Origin: Malacoraja senta
Lineage: Eukaryota
Direction: 5' to 3'
Assembly (NCBI GenBank): GCA_038087875.1
Contig: CM075993.1
Span: forward strand, 312,001-372,000
Length of the DNA: 60,000 nucleotides
A model generated the notes under the pieces. The model ran no database searches. It was not told where the DNA came from and saw only the letters and a list, made by a program, of their open reading frames with translations. Position 1 is the stretch's first letter; each line of letters opens with the position of its first letter. The position numbers were made by a program, and so were the translations under genes. Shown piece after piece: positions 23,586 to 36,170 of this stretch.

Positions 23586-24234
23586 TAACAATCAAGGTGT
23601 GATATCGTAGATAGTGAAGATGGTTATCAAACATTACAGCAGGATCTTGATCAATTGGGTAAAAGGGCTGAGAAATGGTTGCAATACAATTCAATACAAT
23701 ACAAGAATGGAGTTTAATGCAGATAGGTGCAGGATGTTGCATTCTAGGAGGTCAGACTAGGGTAGGTCCTTCACAGTGAATGGCAGGGATCTGGGGGGCT
23801 GCTGTAGAGCAGAGGGATTGAGCAGTGCAGGTACATAGTTACTTGACAGTGACAACACAGGTGGATAAGGTAGTAAATAAAACTATTGTCACATTGGCCT
23901 TCATCAGTCAGCATATAGAAGTTGGGCTGTTATGTTACAGTTGTACAAAATGATAGTGAAGCTGCAGTTGGAGTATTTTGTTCAGTTTTGTTCACCCTGC
24001 TACAGGAAGGATGCCGTTAAGATGGAAAGAATACAGAGAAGATTTGAGGTCCTGGGTTATATCAAGAGGTTGAGCAAGCTAGAACTATTCCATGAAGTGC
24101 AGGATGAGGGGTAATGTTATGAAGGTGTATAAGATCATGAGGGGAAGAGATAGGGTGAATGCACAGTCGTTTACCCATTGTTGGGGAATAAAGAACTAGA
24201 AGACGCAGGTTTAAGGTGAGCGTGTTAATAATTA

Positions 24235-24752
24235 CAGGAAACTCTCAATATAATGGGCCATAGGGGGGAGGTGGTGACTGTTATAACCCAATAAGGGATT
24301 ATCATTGTATAAATAGTAGAAACAAACGGCTACAGCTGCTGCTTAATGCACAATAGGACAGAGTGCTGAAGTAACTCAGCGGGTCAGGCAGCATCTGTGG
24401 AGAACATGGATAGGTGACGTTTTACAGAGTGCTGGAGTAACTCAGCGGGTCAGGCAGCATCTGTGGAGAAAATGGATAGGTGACGTTTTGGGTCCTGACC
24501 CTTCTCCAGACTCTTGGTTTGGAACTGGACATGAATCCAGGTGAGTTGATGGCCCCAGCTAGCTGGCGGCGGGAGAGAGGCGAAGATCGGCGCAGACATT
24601 GCTCGTGTCCGCGGGTGGCCGGATTGCTGGTAAGGGTCGGCGGCGGTGGCAACTGGAGCGGTTGCAGAGGCGGAGGTGGTGGCAGGCATTGAAGGTCAGT
24701 CCGCTATAACCAAAATCCGTTATAAAGAATCAGTAAAACCAAGGGTTTACTG
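24235..24752. mobile_element. Tigger/pogo-like MITE with nested repeat cargo
   Basis: TA-CAGGAAACTCTC ... AAGGGTTTACTG-TA imperfect TIRs, subterminal GTTATAA motifs; interrupts the CR1 fragment. Confidence 0.55.
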
Positions 24753-27679
24753 TAATAGGAACCTGAGAAACAACTTTTTGTACACAGGGTGGTGGGTGTA
24801 TGGAACAAGCTGCCAGATGAGGTAGTTGAGGTAGTCACCATAACAATATTTAGATTACATTTGGTGAGGTACATGGATAGGAAAGGTTTGGAGGATATAG
24901 ACCAGACGTGGACAGGTGGGTCTAGTGTAGATGGCGCACCTTGGTCAGCACGGGCAAGTTGGGCCAAAGGCCCTGTTTTATGCTATGAAGGTAACATTGT
25001 TGTAATTTGGGAAATCCGGCTGTCAGTATGTGCACAGCATTGTGAATTAAGTCCACTCCAGCAACGCAGAAGTGCAAGCAGACACTGATGTGCAGCACTA
25101 AATGAGCAGTGCACAGACAGACGCTTCTTTCACATGAGATGTTAGATCAAGCCTTTAGTCTCACAGGTAACTGCATTGTAATAATGACCAGTTGAATGTT
25201 TAGCATTTTTTTCGCACACGTGAGTTGATTTCAGTGTGAGCCAGGTTTGCAGATAGGTGCATCACATTGAGCGTATGTGCAGGTGGACTCAGCAGTGATT
25301 CCAGATGGTGAATCGCTCAGCTCAATAAGGGCCCAAGTGACATGTTGAAACAATCAATCGAAATAGAGTTACAAATGCTGTGCCAGGCTTTAACAAGGAT
25401 GTATCTGCAATATCTTGCTGAGTTTTTTCTAATTAAAGTATCGCACAGTCAGACAGAATAACAGGCATGTCCAAGAGATCTGGAGCTGCCTCCAACGGGA
25501 AGCACATTCTGGATGTCTGTGGCCTGATGGCTGGTTTGTCACAGTTAGAGTTGCGTTGTATTGCACTTACGAATTGCAAATTATCCAAGTTACTCTTGGA
25601 GCAGGATGAGGAGACATAACATTGCCAGTATGTAGCAGTGCAAAGGCATGGTAGGTGGAACCAGCCGATGGGCCGATGGGGAGAGGTGAACAAAGGAAGA
25701 AGAAAACTATGTGGATGGGTGAGTGTGTGGGTGGAGAATGCCAGGGTTTGGGTCACCTAAAATCTACCCAGCCTTTATTCCCCATCCTCCAGTATCCTAA
25801 ATGATGGGAATCCATCCCCTTCCCTCTCTGTCTTGATGCCGGGTCTTGACCCAAAACGTCACCTTGCATCTTTGGCCTCCACAGATGCAGCTTGACCCGG
25901 TGTGTTCTACCTGCATTCTGCTTCTTGGTCCAGAATCCAGCATCTGCACTCTTTGTCTTAACACTCTATTGCACTAGTTACTGCTGGTGACTTCTGTCCA
26001 GCTCAGAGATGAATAGGAAAACCTGTGTGCCTTGTGTTGATCTCCTATGAGTGAGGAACCTTCAGAGGGACCTTGTTTTGGTGGAAGAGTAAGAAATTCA
26101 ACTCAAGAAAAATCATCAGCAATTGATGCCAGTGCCAGTGCCAGTGACCGTGACGGTGACAGACATTCCTGTGTTATTGTAGCTCGACGATATTGAACCT
26201 GTCGATACTGACCTGAACGGTATGCCAATGTTACACAGTGAAAGGCCATGTTTCAGCTGCGGGATGGATAAGCTCAGGCTGAGAGGGTTTCCAGAATGGC
26301 TCATTGATGATGATAAGGGGACCTGGAGTGGGTTTGGTGTCTCTGCTGCAACGGGGACAGGAATGGGAGCCCACACCAGGCAGTGCTGTGTCTCCGTTCC
26401 AACACCAACCTTGCAATGTGCTTCTCGCAGTTTGTTACCTCTAAGGCAGCGACAAACCAGCCATCTGCTGTAAACAAATACACAGTGAGATGTGAGCAGC
26501 AAAACTCAGCCGGGTTTCTTTACAGTGAATAATTTGCAAACAGACTGGAAAACTTTGCAGAGCTCAACATTCCCAGATTGTGGCAGGGAAAGCGTTGCTG
26601 CTTTGAATCTGGGGCAGCATCTGTGCTGTCTGTAACTTTTAAATAATTCTTTACTGCATAGCAGGTTCAGGTGAAAAACAGAACTGGGTCCCTCATATTC
26701 CATCACCCTTTGTTGGGGGAAAATATCTATTTTTATTTTGGTTTTGGTGGAAGATCAAGAAAAATCATCAGCAATTGATCCCAGTGACATAGTAATATTG
26801 CAGCTCAATAATGTATTTAACACATCTATCCCACCTGAACTGTAATACAATGTTATGCACTACTCCATGGTCACACAGTGAGAGGCTAGTTCCAACCTGA
26901 ACTTTATCCTGCTGGGACATCCTCACGTGTTATACTCTAGGTTTGCACACTGACACCTGCTCTACTTGAACTGCATCTCAGTTCATGGAGTTTCTCACGT
27001 ACCCACCTGCATTGTACAGTTATGGACTTCAATAATGTACACCAGAGTAACAGACTTGTATACTCACCTCACCGTTACAGAATCATACTAGTACAGTATC
27101 ACGGTGTAACTTAAGGACACCTCAGATATGTTGGGTCTCTACCCGAAACGTCACCCATTCCTTCTCTCCAGATATGCTGCCTGTCCCGCTGAGTTACTCC
27201 AGCTTTTTGTGTCTATCCTCAGATATGTACCCTGTTATTATAGATATACTGACTTGTTCTGTGATATAATGGCCACATTCATAAACAGTGGTGGTGATTA
27301 CTTAACCAGAGTACAGAATGTGGTGATTACTTCTGGTCCCAGTGACTGCTGTGAAGCGAATTAAATTATGCATACCTACAGAAGAGAAATAGTGTTCGTA
27401 TTGCAGCTAGTAAATGAGGGGATGTAACAGGTCTTGTCATTGTGTTGAAGGTTGCTCAGTTGGTTGGTGTTGGAATCTGTGCGTGACTGACAGAGGGTCA
27501 GATAACCGTGTACAATCCACATTAAGTGATTCTGGATGCAGTACATGATGGGATGTTTTTAATTATTCACGGTGAAATCCAGCAGAGAATCACTAATGAT
27601 CAGAGCCTAACGTGCATCTTTGGTCTGTATGCAGTAACGCCAGTTACAAGGAGATCAGACTACCCAGTGAGATCTCTAT

Positions 27680-28700
27680 TACATAGAACATAGAACAGGA
27701 CACAGAACTGCACATCACTGCACCCACCAATTCTTCTTCAGATAATGCCAGTCCAACTAATCACATCTCTGTGCATTGTCCATATCCCTCTATTCCCTGT
27801 CCATTCATGTGTCTGTCTAAATACCTCATATGCCATCATATTTGCTTCTGCCACCTCCTCTTGCAGCATCTTCCAACATCTACCACTCTCCATGTAAAAA
27901 TAAATCTTGCCTCACAATGCTCCATTAAACTTTCCACTTCTCACTTTAAATCTATGCCCGTCTATTCGACATTTGCACCTGGGGAAAAGGCTCTGACAAT
28001 CTACCGTATAAGAATAATTTTCTCTCATCATATTATAAACTTTTATCAGGTTTCCCCTCAGCCTCTGGCACTCCAGAGAAGGTAGTCCAAGTTTATCCAA
28101 CCTCTCCTCATAGCGAATATACTTGAGTCCAGGCAACATCCTAATGAACAGAATAAAAGGACGTACCTTTATAAGGAAATGAAGAGGAATTTCTTTAGTC
28201 AGAGGGTGGTGAATCTGTGGAATTAATTGCCACAGATGGCTGTGGAGGCCAAGTCATTGGGTATTAGTACGGGACTCAAAGATTATGGGGAGAAGGCAGG
28301 AGAATGGGGTTGATAAAGAAAGATAGATCAGTCATGATTGAATGGCAGAGTAGACTCGATTGGCTGAATGGCCTAATCCTGCTCCTATATCTTATGACCA
28401 ACTTTGTCACAATTACTCCCGCTGTGGTCCAACCAAACTTCCATTCAGCTACAACAGGGGGTCGGTAACCTACGGCCCACGGGCCGGATCCGGCCCGTCA
28501 CCCGGCCGGCTCACAGACATGGGTCCTGGCCCCGATGCAGAACAAGGTTGCCGACCCCTGAGCTACAACATAACTTCCCGACTTTTATATTCAATTCTCC
28601 ATTTGACGAATGTAAGCATGCTGGAAGCTTTCTTTACCATCTTAGCCACTTGTTGCTCGTTATTCCACAACTGCCAATGTTTGTGTCCTTGCCTGCGGCT
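27680..28700. mobile_element. Cluster of CR1 3' fragments in both orientations
   Basis: YEERLDKLGL.SLE..RLRG.LI.VY on minus; FFSQRVVNLWN on plus. Confidence 0.75.
28455..28560. mobile_element. 106-bp hAT (Charlie-like) MITE
   Basis: TIRs CAGGGG(G)TCGGYAACCT; perfect 8-bp TSD AGCTACAA at 28447-28454 and 28561-28568. Confidence 0.9.
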
Positions 28701-29179
28701 ACAAAGGATGCACAAATTTCTATGAAAGCCCGAGCAATCCCCTCGTTTGCCTCTGCCTGGACCCAGAAATAGATCCAGCAGGCACTGGGGAAATCCACCG
28801 TAATATCTTTCAAGACACCAAACAGTCCTCCTCCTTAAGATTGAGATGCTCTCGAAAATTCAATCTACACCTCCTTGGTTTAATGAACTTCTTGATCGAA
28901 TACTGATGCAAAGTATTAGCACTGGAGTGGATCCAGAGGAGGTTTACGAGAATGATCCCGGTGATGAGTGGGTTAACATATGATGAGCTTTTGATGGCAT
29001 TGGGCCTGCACTCACAGGTATTTAGGATGAGCTGGAACCTCATTGAAATGTACAGAATAGTTAAAGGCCTGGATAGAGTGGATATGGAGAGGATAGTTCC
29101 ACTAGTGGGAGAGTCTAGGACCAGCGGCCCTGGCCTCAGAATAAAAGGACGTACCTTTAGAAAGGAGATGAGTAGGAAC

Positions 29180-32100
29180 CGTGGTTTGCTCAGCCTGCAA
29201 CATGTGGGAGATCAGGGATATGGTCGGTGTCCCTGGTAACTACGTTTGCAGGAAGTGTGTCCAGCTGCAGCTCCTGCCAGACCGCATTGAACGATTGGAG
29301 CTGCGGTTGGATTCATACTGGAGCATCCACAATGCTGAGAAAGTCGTGAATAGTACGTACAGTGAGTTGGTCACACCGCAGGTAAAAGGTAAGAGGACAG
29401 AAAGGGAACGGGTGGCCAGTAGCCAGCATAGCAGTAGGCAGGTAGTGCAGGAGTCCCCTGCGGTCATCTCCCTCCTAAACAGGTATACCATTTTGGATAC
29501 TGTTGGGGGAGATGGCTCATCAGGGGAAGGTAGCAGCAGCCAAGTTCATGGCACCATGGGTGGCTCTGCAGCACAGGAGGGGAAAAAAAAGAGTGGAAGG
29601 GCAATAGTAATAGGGGATTCCATTGTAAGGGGAATAGATAGGCGTTTCTGCGGCCGCAAACGGGACTCCAGGATGGTATGTTGCCTCCCTGGTGCAAGGG
29701 TCAGGGATGTCACTGAACGGCTACAGAACATTCTGGAGGGGGAGGGTGAACAGCCAGTTGTCGTGGTGCACATTGTCACCAACGATATAGGTAAAAAAAG
29801 GGATGAAGTCCTACAAGGTGAATTTAGGGAGCTAGGAGATAAACTTAAAAGTAGGACCTCAAAGGTAATAATCTCTGGATTACTACCAGTACCACGGGCT
29901 AGTCAGAGTAAAAACAGGAGGATATTGCAGATGAATACGTGGCTTGAAAAATGGTGCAAGGAGAAGGGATTCCAATTTCTAGGGCATTTGGAACCAGTTC
30001 TGGGGGAGGTGGGACCAGTACAAACAGGACGGTCTGCACCTGGGCTGGAATGGAACCAATGTCGTTGGGGGAGTGTTTGCTAGTGCTGTCGGGGAGGATG
30101 TAAACTAATGTGGCAGGGGGATGGGTGCAAGAGCAGAGAGGCAGAGGGGTGTAAAATGAGGGTAGAAGCAATAGGTAGCAAGGTGAAAAGTAAAAGTGGC
30201 AGGCAGACAAATCCAGGGCAAAAATCAAAAAGGGTCACTTTTCAACAAAATTGTATAAGGGGTAAGAGTGTTGTAAAAACAAGCCTGAAGGCTTTGTATC
30301 TTAATGCAAGGAGCATTCGTAATAAGGTGGATGAGTTGAATGTGCAGATAGTTATTAATAAATATGATATAGTTGGGATCACGGAGACATGGCTCCAGGG
30401 TGACCAAGGCTGGGAGCTGAACATCCAGGGATATTCAATATTCAGGAGGGATAGACAGAAAGGAAAAGGAGGCGGGGTAGCGTTGCTGGTTAGAGAGCAG
30501 ATTAACGCAATAGAAAGGAAGGACATTAGCTTGGAGGATGTGAAATCGATATGGGTAGAGCTGCGAAACACTAAGGGGCAGAAAACGCTAGTGGGAGTTG
30601 TGTACAGGCCACCTAACAGTAGTAGTGGAGTTGGGGATGGCATCAAACAGGAAATTAGAAATGCGTGCAACAAAGGTAAAACAATTATAATCGGTGACTT
30701 CAATCTACATATAGATTGGGTGAATCAAATTGGCAGGGGTGCTGAGGAAGAGGATTTCTTGGAATGTATGCAGGATAGTTTTCTAAACCAACATGTAGAG
30801 GAACCAACGAGAGAGCAGGCTATTCTAGACTGGGTATTGAGTAATGAGGAACGGTTAGTTAGCAGTCTTGTTGTGCGTGGCCCCTTGGGCAAGAGTGACC
30901 ATAATATGGTTGAGTTCTTCATTAGGATGGAGAGTGACATTGTTAATTCAGAAACAAGGGTCCTGAACTTAAAGAAAGGTGACTTTGAGGGTATGAGACG
31001 TGAATTGGCCAAGATAGACTGGCAAATAATTCTTAAAGGGTTGACGGTGGATATGCAATGGAAGGCATTTAAAAACTACCTGGATGAACTACAACAATTG
31101 TTCATCCCAGTTTGGCAAAAGAATAAATCAGGGAAGGTAGTGCATCCGTGGATAACAAGGGAAATCAGGGATAGTATCAAAACAAAAGATGAAGCGTACA
31201 AATTAGCCAGAAAAGCAGCAGAATTGGGAGAAATTCAGTCCAGCAGAGGAGGACAAAAGGCTTAATTAGGAAAGGGAAAATAGATTATGAAAGAATACTG
31301 GCAGGGAACATAAAAACTGACTGCAAAAGTTTTTATAGATATGTGAAGAGGAAAAGATTAGTTAAAACAAATGTAGGTCCCTTGCAGTCAGAAACAGGCG
31401 AATTGATCGTGTGGAACAAGGACATGGCAGACCAATTGAATAACTACTTTGGTTCTGTCTTCACTAAGGAAGACATAAATAATCTGCCGGAAATAGCAAG
31501 GGACCGGGGGTTAAATGAGATGGAGGAACCAATTACCAATTACCAATTACCAATTACCAAGCACTTTATTTGTCCCCGAGGGGCAATTTAAACAAACAAT
31601 ACATTTAATCTGCACCGACCGGTCGACCGCATGAGCAGCGACCCGGCAATGGATTGGGTTGTCAGCAGCGATACAATAAAAAAAGAACACACAAAAAGTA
31701 ACACAAACATCCACCACAGCATTCATCACTGTGGTGGAAGGCACAAAAATTTGGCCAGTCCTCCTCCATTTCCCCTCCGTGAACAGGACCAGAGTCCAGA
31801 GTCAGTCCAGGATCGGCTCTTCCTCACCGGAGATCGCGGCTTTAAGTTGTTGTAGGCCGCAGGCCGGCTGTCGAGATTTAAAGTCTCCGCCGCAGCCAGA
31901 AGCACCGTAGACTGCAGGGCCGGCGGTCGAAGCTCCCCTGCAGGGGTGTTGGTAAGTCCATGCCGGCCCCGCGGTAGAAGTTGGCCGCGGGCCGGCAGTG
32001 ATGGCTTCTTCTTCCCCCGGGTCCCCCACGAGGGATCCCGGGCTGTAGACGCCGCACCAGCTGGAGCTCTGCAGACCGCGACTTCAGGCTGCGACTTCAG

Positions 32101-34090
32101 GCTGCCGGCTGCCCCGGGCCAGCGAAACGGAGCGTTCCCCTCCAGCGAGCCCCAGCGAGGGCTCACCCGCTCCACGCCGAGAGTCCACGCTGCGCCCGCC
32201 GCTGAAGCCCCGGGCGCGTCTCCGGGAAAGGCCGCGCCGATCCTTGATGTTAGGCCACGGGGGAGGCGACCTGGAAAAAGTCGCCTCTCCATGGAGGAGG
32301 CGACCGAAGCGGTTTCCCCCTTACCCCCCCACACCACCCCCCACACAAGACATACAAAGAAACATTAAATACACACTTTAAAACATACTAAAAATAAAAA
32401 ATAAAGTTGAAAAAACTGACGCACTGCTGACATGGCCGCTGCCAGAGCAGCGCCCCCTACAGAACTGAGTGAAATCCAGGTTAGCCGGGAAGTGGTGTTA
32501 GGTAAATTGAATGGATTAAAGGCCGATAAATCCCCAGGGCCAGATAGGTTGCATCCCAGAGTACTTAAGGAAGTAGCCGCAGAAATAGTGGATGCATTAG
32601 TGATAATCTTTCAAAACTCTTTAGATTCTGGAGTAGTTCCTGAGGACTGGAGGGTAGCTAATGTAACCCCACTTTTAAAAAAGGGAGGGAGAGAGAAAAC
32701 GGGGAATTACAGACCAGTTAGTCTAACATCGGTGGTGGGGAAAATTCTGGAGTCAGTTATTAAAGATGGGATAGCAGCACATTTGGAAAGTGGTGAATTC
32801 ATTGGACAAAGTCAGCATGGATTTATGAAAGGTAAATCATGTCTGACGAATCTTATAGAATTTTTCGAGGATGTAACTAGTAGAGTATATAAGGGAGAAC
32901 CAGTGGATGTGTTATATCTGGACTTTCAGAAGGCTTTCGACAAGGTCCCACATAAGAGATTAGGATACAAACTTAAAGCACACGGTATTGGGGGTTCAGT
33001 ATTGATGTGGATAGAGAACTGGCTGGCAGACAGGAAGCAAAGAGTAGGAGTAAACGGGTCCTTTTCAGAATGGCAGGCAGTGACTAGTGCCCAGCTATTT
33101 ACAATATATATTAATGAACTGGATGAGGGAATTGAATGCAACATCTCCAAGTTTGCGGATGACACGAAGCTGCGGGGCAGTGTTAGCTGTGAGGAGGATG
33201 CTAGGAGGCTGCAAGGTGACTTGGATAGGTTGGGTGAGTGGGCAAATGCATGGCATATGCAGTATAATGTGGATAAATGTGAGGGTATCCACTTTGGTGG
33301 CAAACACAGGAAAGTAGACTATTATCTGAATGGTGGCCGATTAGGAAAAGGGGAGATACAACGAGACCTGGGTGTCATGGTACACCAATCATTGAAAGTA
33401 GGCATGCAGGTGCAGCAGGCAGTGAAGAAAGCAAATGGTATGTTAGCATTCATAGCAAAAGGATTTGAGTATAAGAGCAGGGAGGTTCTACTGCAGTTGT
33501 ACAGGGTCTTGGTGAGACCACACCTGGAGTATTGCGTACAGTTTTGGTCTCCTAATCTGAGGAAAGACATTCTTGCCATAGAGGGAGTACAGAGAAGGTT
33601 CACCAGACTGATTCCTGGGATGGCAGGACTTTCATATGTAGAAAGACTGGATAGACTCGGCTTGTACACGCTAGAATTTAGAAGATTGAGGGGGGATCTT
33701 ATAGAAACTTACAAAATTCTTAAGGGGTTGGACAGGCTAGATGCAGGAAGATTATTCCCGATGTTGGGGAAGTCCAGAACTAGGGGTCACAGTTTAAGGA
33801 TAAGAGGGAAGTCTTTTAGGACCGAGATGAGAAAATCATTTTTTACACAGAGAGTGGTGAATCTGTGGAATTCTCTGCCACAGAAGGTAGTTGAGGCCAG
33901 TTCATTGGCTATATTTAAGGGGGAGTTAGATGTGGCCCTTGTGGCTAAAGGGATCAGGGGGTATGGAGAGAAGGCAGGGATGGGATACTGAGTTGGATGA
34001 TCAGCCATGATCATATCGAATGGCGGTGCAGGCTCGAAGGGCCGAATGGCCTACTCCTGCACCTATTTTCTATGTTTCTATGTTTCTATG
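29180..34090 (+). mobile_element. Near full-length CR1 LINE: ORF1 (zinc finger/leucine zipper + SGNH esterase) and ORF2 (EN + RT), frameshifted and interrupted
   Basis: CSACNMW..CRKC, GDSIVRG and DGLH in ORF1; NARSI/ETWL/YRPP/GDFN/SDH and FADD in ORF2; (TTTCTATG)n tail; RT lacks GVPQGSVLG; inserted into an older CR1 (28915-29179 and 34091-34220). Confidence 0.95.
31530..32461 (-). mobile_element. Non-coding retroposon insertion with Rex1/Babar-like 3' end
   Basis: Splits CR1 codons MEE|LSEIQVS with GAAC duplicated; 3' end AAATTGCCCCTCGGGGACAAATAAAG + (GTAATTG)n. Confidence 0.85.
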
Positions 34091-34742
34091 TAACGTCTTT
34101 AGTCAAAGGGTGGTGAATTTGTGGAATTCATTGCCACAGCTGGCTGTGGAGGCCAAGTCAATGGATATTTTTAAGATGGAGATTGACAGATTAGTGATTC
34201 ATAAAGGTGTCAGGGGTTATCTTGCTTCCTTTATATTTCAGTCACTGCTTCCTATTATATATGTTCCTCGCTGGAACATGGTGGTCCTGCATTCTAGCTA
34301 GCTGGCTCTTAATGGATTCCCATTTGTGAGATGTGGATTCACCACCAAGTAGCCACCCCCAAAAAACTTGCTGTCCCCAGTTGCTATCTAAAGTCTGATG
34401 TCACCGGGTTACATATCCCGCTGACCCCCTGCTCAACTTCTATAGAGCAAAGTCCCTATCTAGAAATGGAGCATTGCTCAACCCAGCCAATATCTGCAGC
34501 TTCAGGAGAGACCAGCGAGAAGGTGCAGTCTCCATGAAGCCTTGCCCCACCCTTGTTTCAGCCTGGTGTCAGGGCCATTCAGGGTTAAAGTGGAGGCGAG
34601 GTTACAGAGTGCGGAGAGGTGGGGGATGGATTGGATTGGTGGGGTGATGCTCTCCCCACCATCGAAGGGATGTCTTTCTGCTGACTGGATAGCAAGCAAC
34701 AAAAGCTTTTCACTGTACCTCGGTACACGTGGCAATAAACTG

Positions 34743-35709
34743 AAGTCAAGTCAAGTCAAGTGAGTTTATTGTCATGTGTCCCTGGTAGGACAATGAAATT
34801 CTTGCTTTGCTTGAGCACAACAGAACATAGTAGGCATTTACTACAAGGCATTCTATAAATATATACACAATGGTCAATATACTGATAAAGTGCAAATAAC
34901 AGTATTGGCTAGTAAAGTTCAGTGTTATGTCCGAGCCAGGTTTAATAGCCTGATGGCTGTGGGGAAGTAGCTGTTCCTGAACCTGGTCGTTGCAGTCTTC
35001 AGGCTCCTGTACCTTCTACCTGAAGGTAGTAGGGAGATGAATGTGTGGCCAGGATGGTGTGGGTCCTTGATGATGCTGCCAGCCTTTTTGAGGCAGCGAC
35101 TGTGGTAGATCCCCTCGATGGAAGGGAGGTCAGAGCCGATGATGGACTGGGCAGTGTTTACTACTTTTTGTAGTCTTTTCCTCTCCAGGGCACTCAAGTT
35201 GCCGAACCAAGCCACGATGCAACCGGTCAGCATGCTCTCTACTGTGCACCTGTAGAAGTTAGAGAGAGTCCTCCTTGACAAACCGACTTTCCGTAATCTT
35301 CTCAGGAAGTAGAGGCGCTGATGTGCTTTCTTAATAATGGCATCATTGTTCTCGGTCCAGGAAAGATCTTCAGAGATGTGCACGCCCAGGAATTTGAAGC
35401 TCTTGACCCTTTCAACCATCGACCCGTTGATATAAACGGGACTGTGGGTCCCCATCCTACTCCTTCCAAAGTCCACAATCAGTTCCTTGGTTTTGCTAGT
35501 GTTGAGGGCCAGGTTGTTGTGCTGGCACCATATGGACAGTTGCTCGATCTCTCTTCTATACTCTGACTCATCCCCATCAGTGATACGTCCCACAACAGTG
35601 GTGTCATCAGCGAACTTGATGATGGAGTTCGCACTATGTCCGGCTACGCAGTCATGAGTATAGAGTGAGTACAGCAGGGGACTGAGCACGCAGCCTTGAG
35701 GTGCTCCCG
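34743..35709 (-). mobile_element. 5'-truncated Rex1/Babar LINE (RT C-terminal half)
   Basis: GAPQGCVLSPLLYSLYTHDC, KFADDTT, FKFLGVHI, KKAHQRLYFLRRL, LLPSGRRYRS; (CTTGA)n tail. Confidence 0.92.
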
Positions 35710-35924
35710 AACTGAACTGAAACAAAAAAAAACAGCGAATATCATCATAGACCCATGTCAAACGCAAAAGGCTGGAGTAACTCAGCGGGTCAGGAGAAAA
35801 AGAATAGGTGACATTTTGGGTTGAGACTTCTTCAAACCGACATTACACTCCGACCTTCGGGATACCGTCTGAAAACTGTGACCACCAGGTTTAAGAATAG
35901 CTTCTTCCCAAAAACCATCAGACT

Positions 35925-36170
35925 CTTATACATCTGTCCCCTCCCCTTCATCAGCCATCTGGTTGTCTCCTCCCCTCCCCCAGCCCTCGGGCTCCTCCTC
36001 CGCCTTTTTCCTTTTTTCCTTTCTTCTCCCCACCCCCTATCAGTCTGAAGAAGGGTTTCGGCCCGAAACGTTACCTATTTCCTTCGCTCCATAGATGCTG
36101 CTGCACCCGCTGAGTTTCTCCAGCATTTTTGTGTACCTTCGATTTTCCAGCATCTGCAGTTCCTTCTTTA
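35925..36170 (+). repeat. Penelope-associated terminal repeat with hammerhead-like core
   Basis: cagtctgaagaagggtttcggcccgaaacgttacc...gatgctgctgcacccgctgagtttctccagca. Confidence 0.7.

Larger units (their letters stand above)
23068..24985 (+). mobile_element. Old CR1 fragment carrying nested SINE and MITE insertions
   Basis: KVPHGRLL.K, SKFAD, LQLYK.IV..LEY.VQF and VVGVWNKLP remnants. Confidence 0.78.

Noticed and set aside
31726..32368. 206-aa and 140-aa ORFs in the GC-rich insert
   Set aside because: No recognisable domain; expected by chance at high GC
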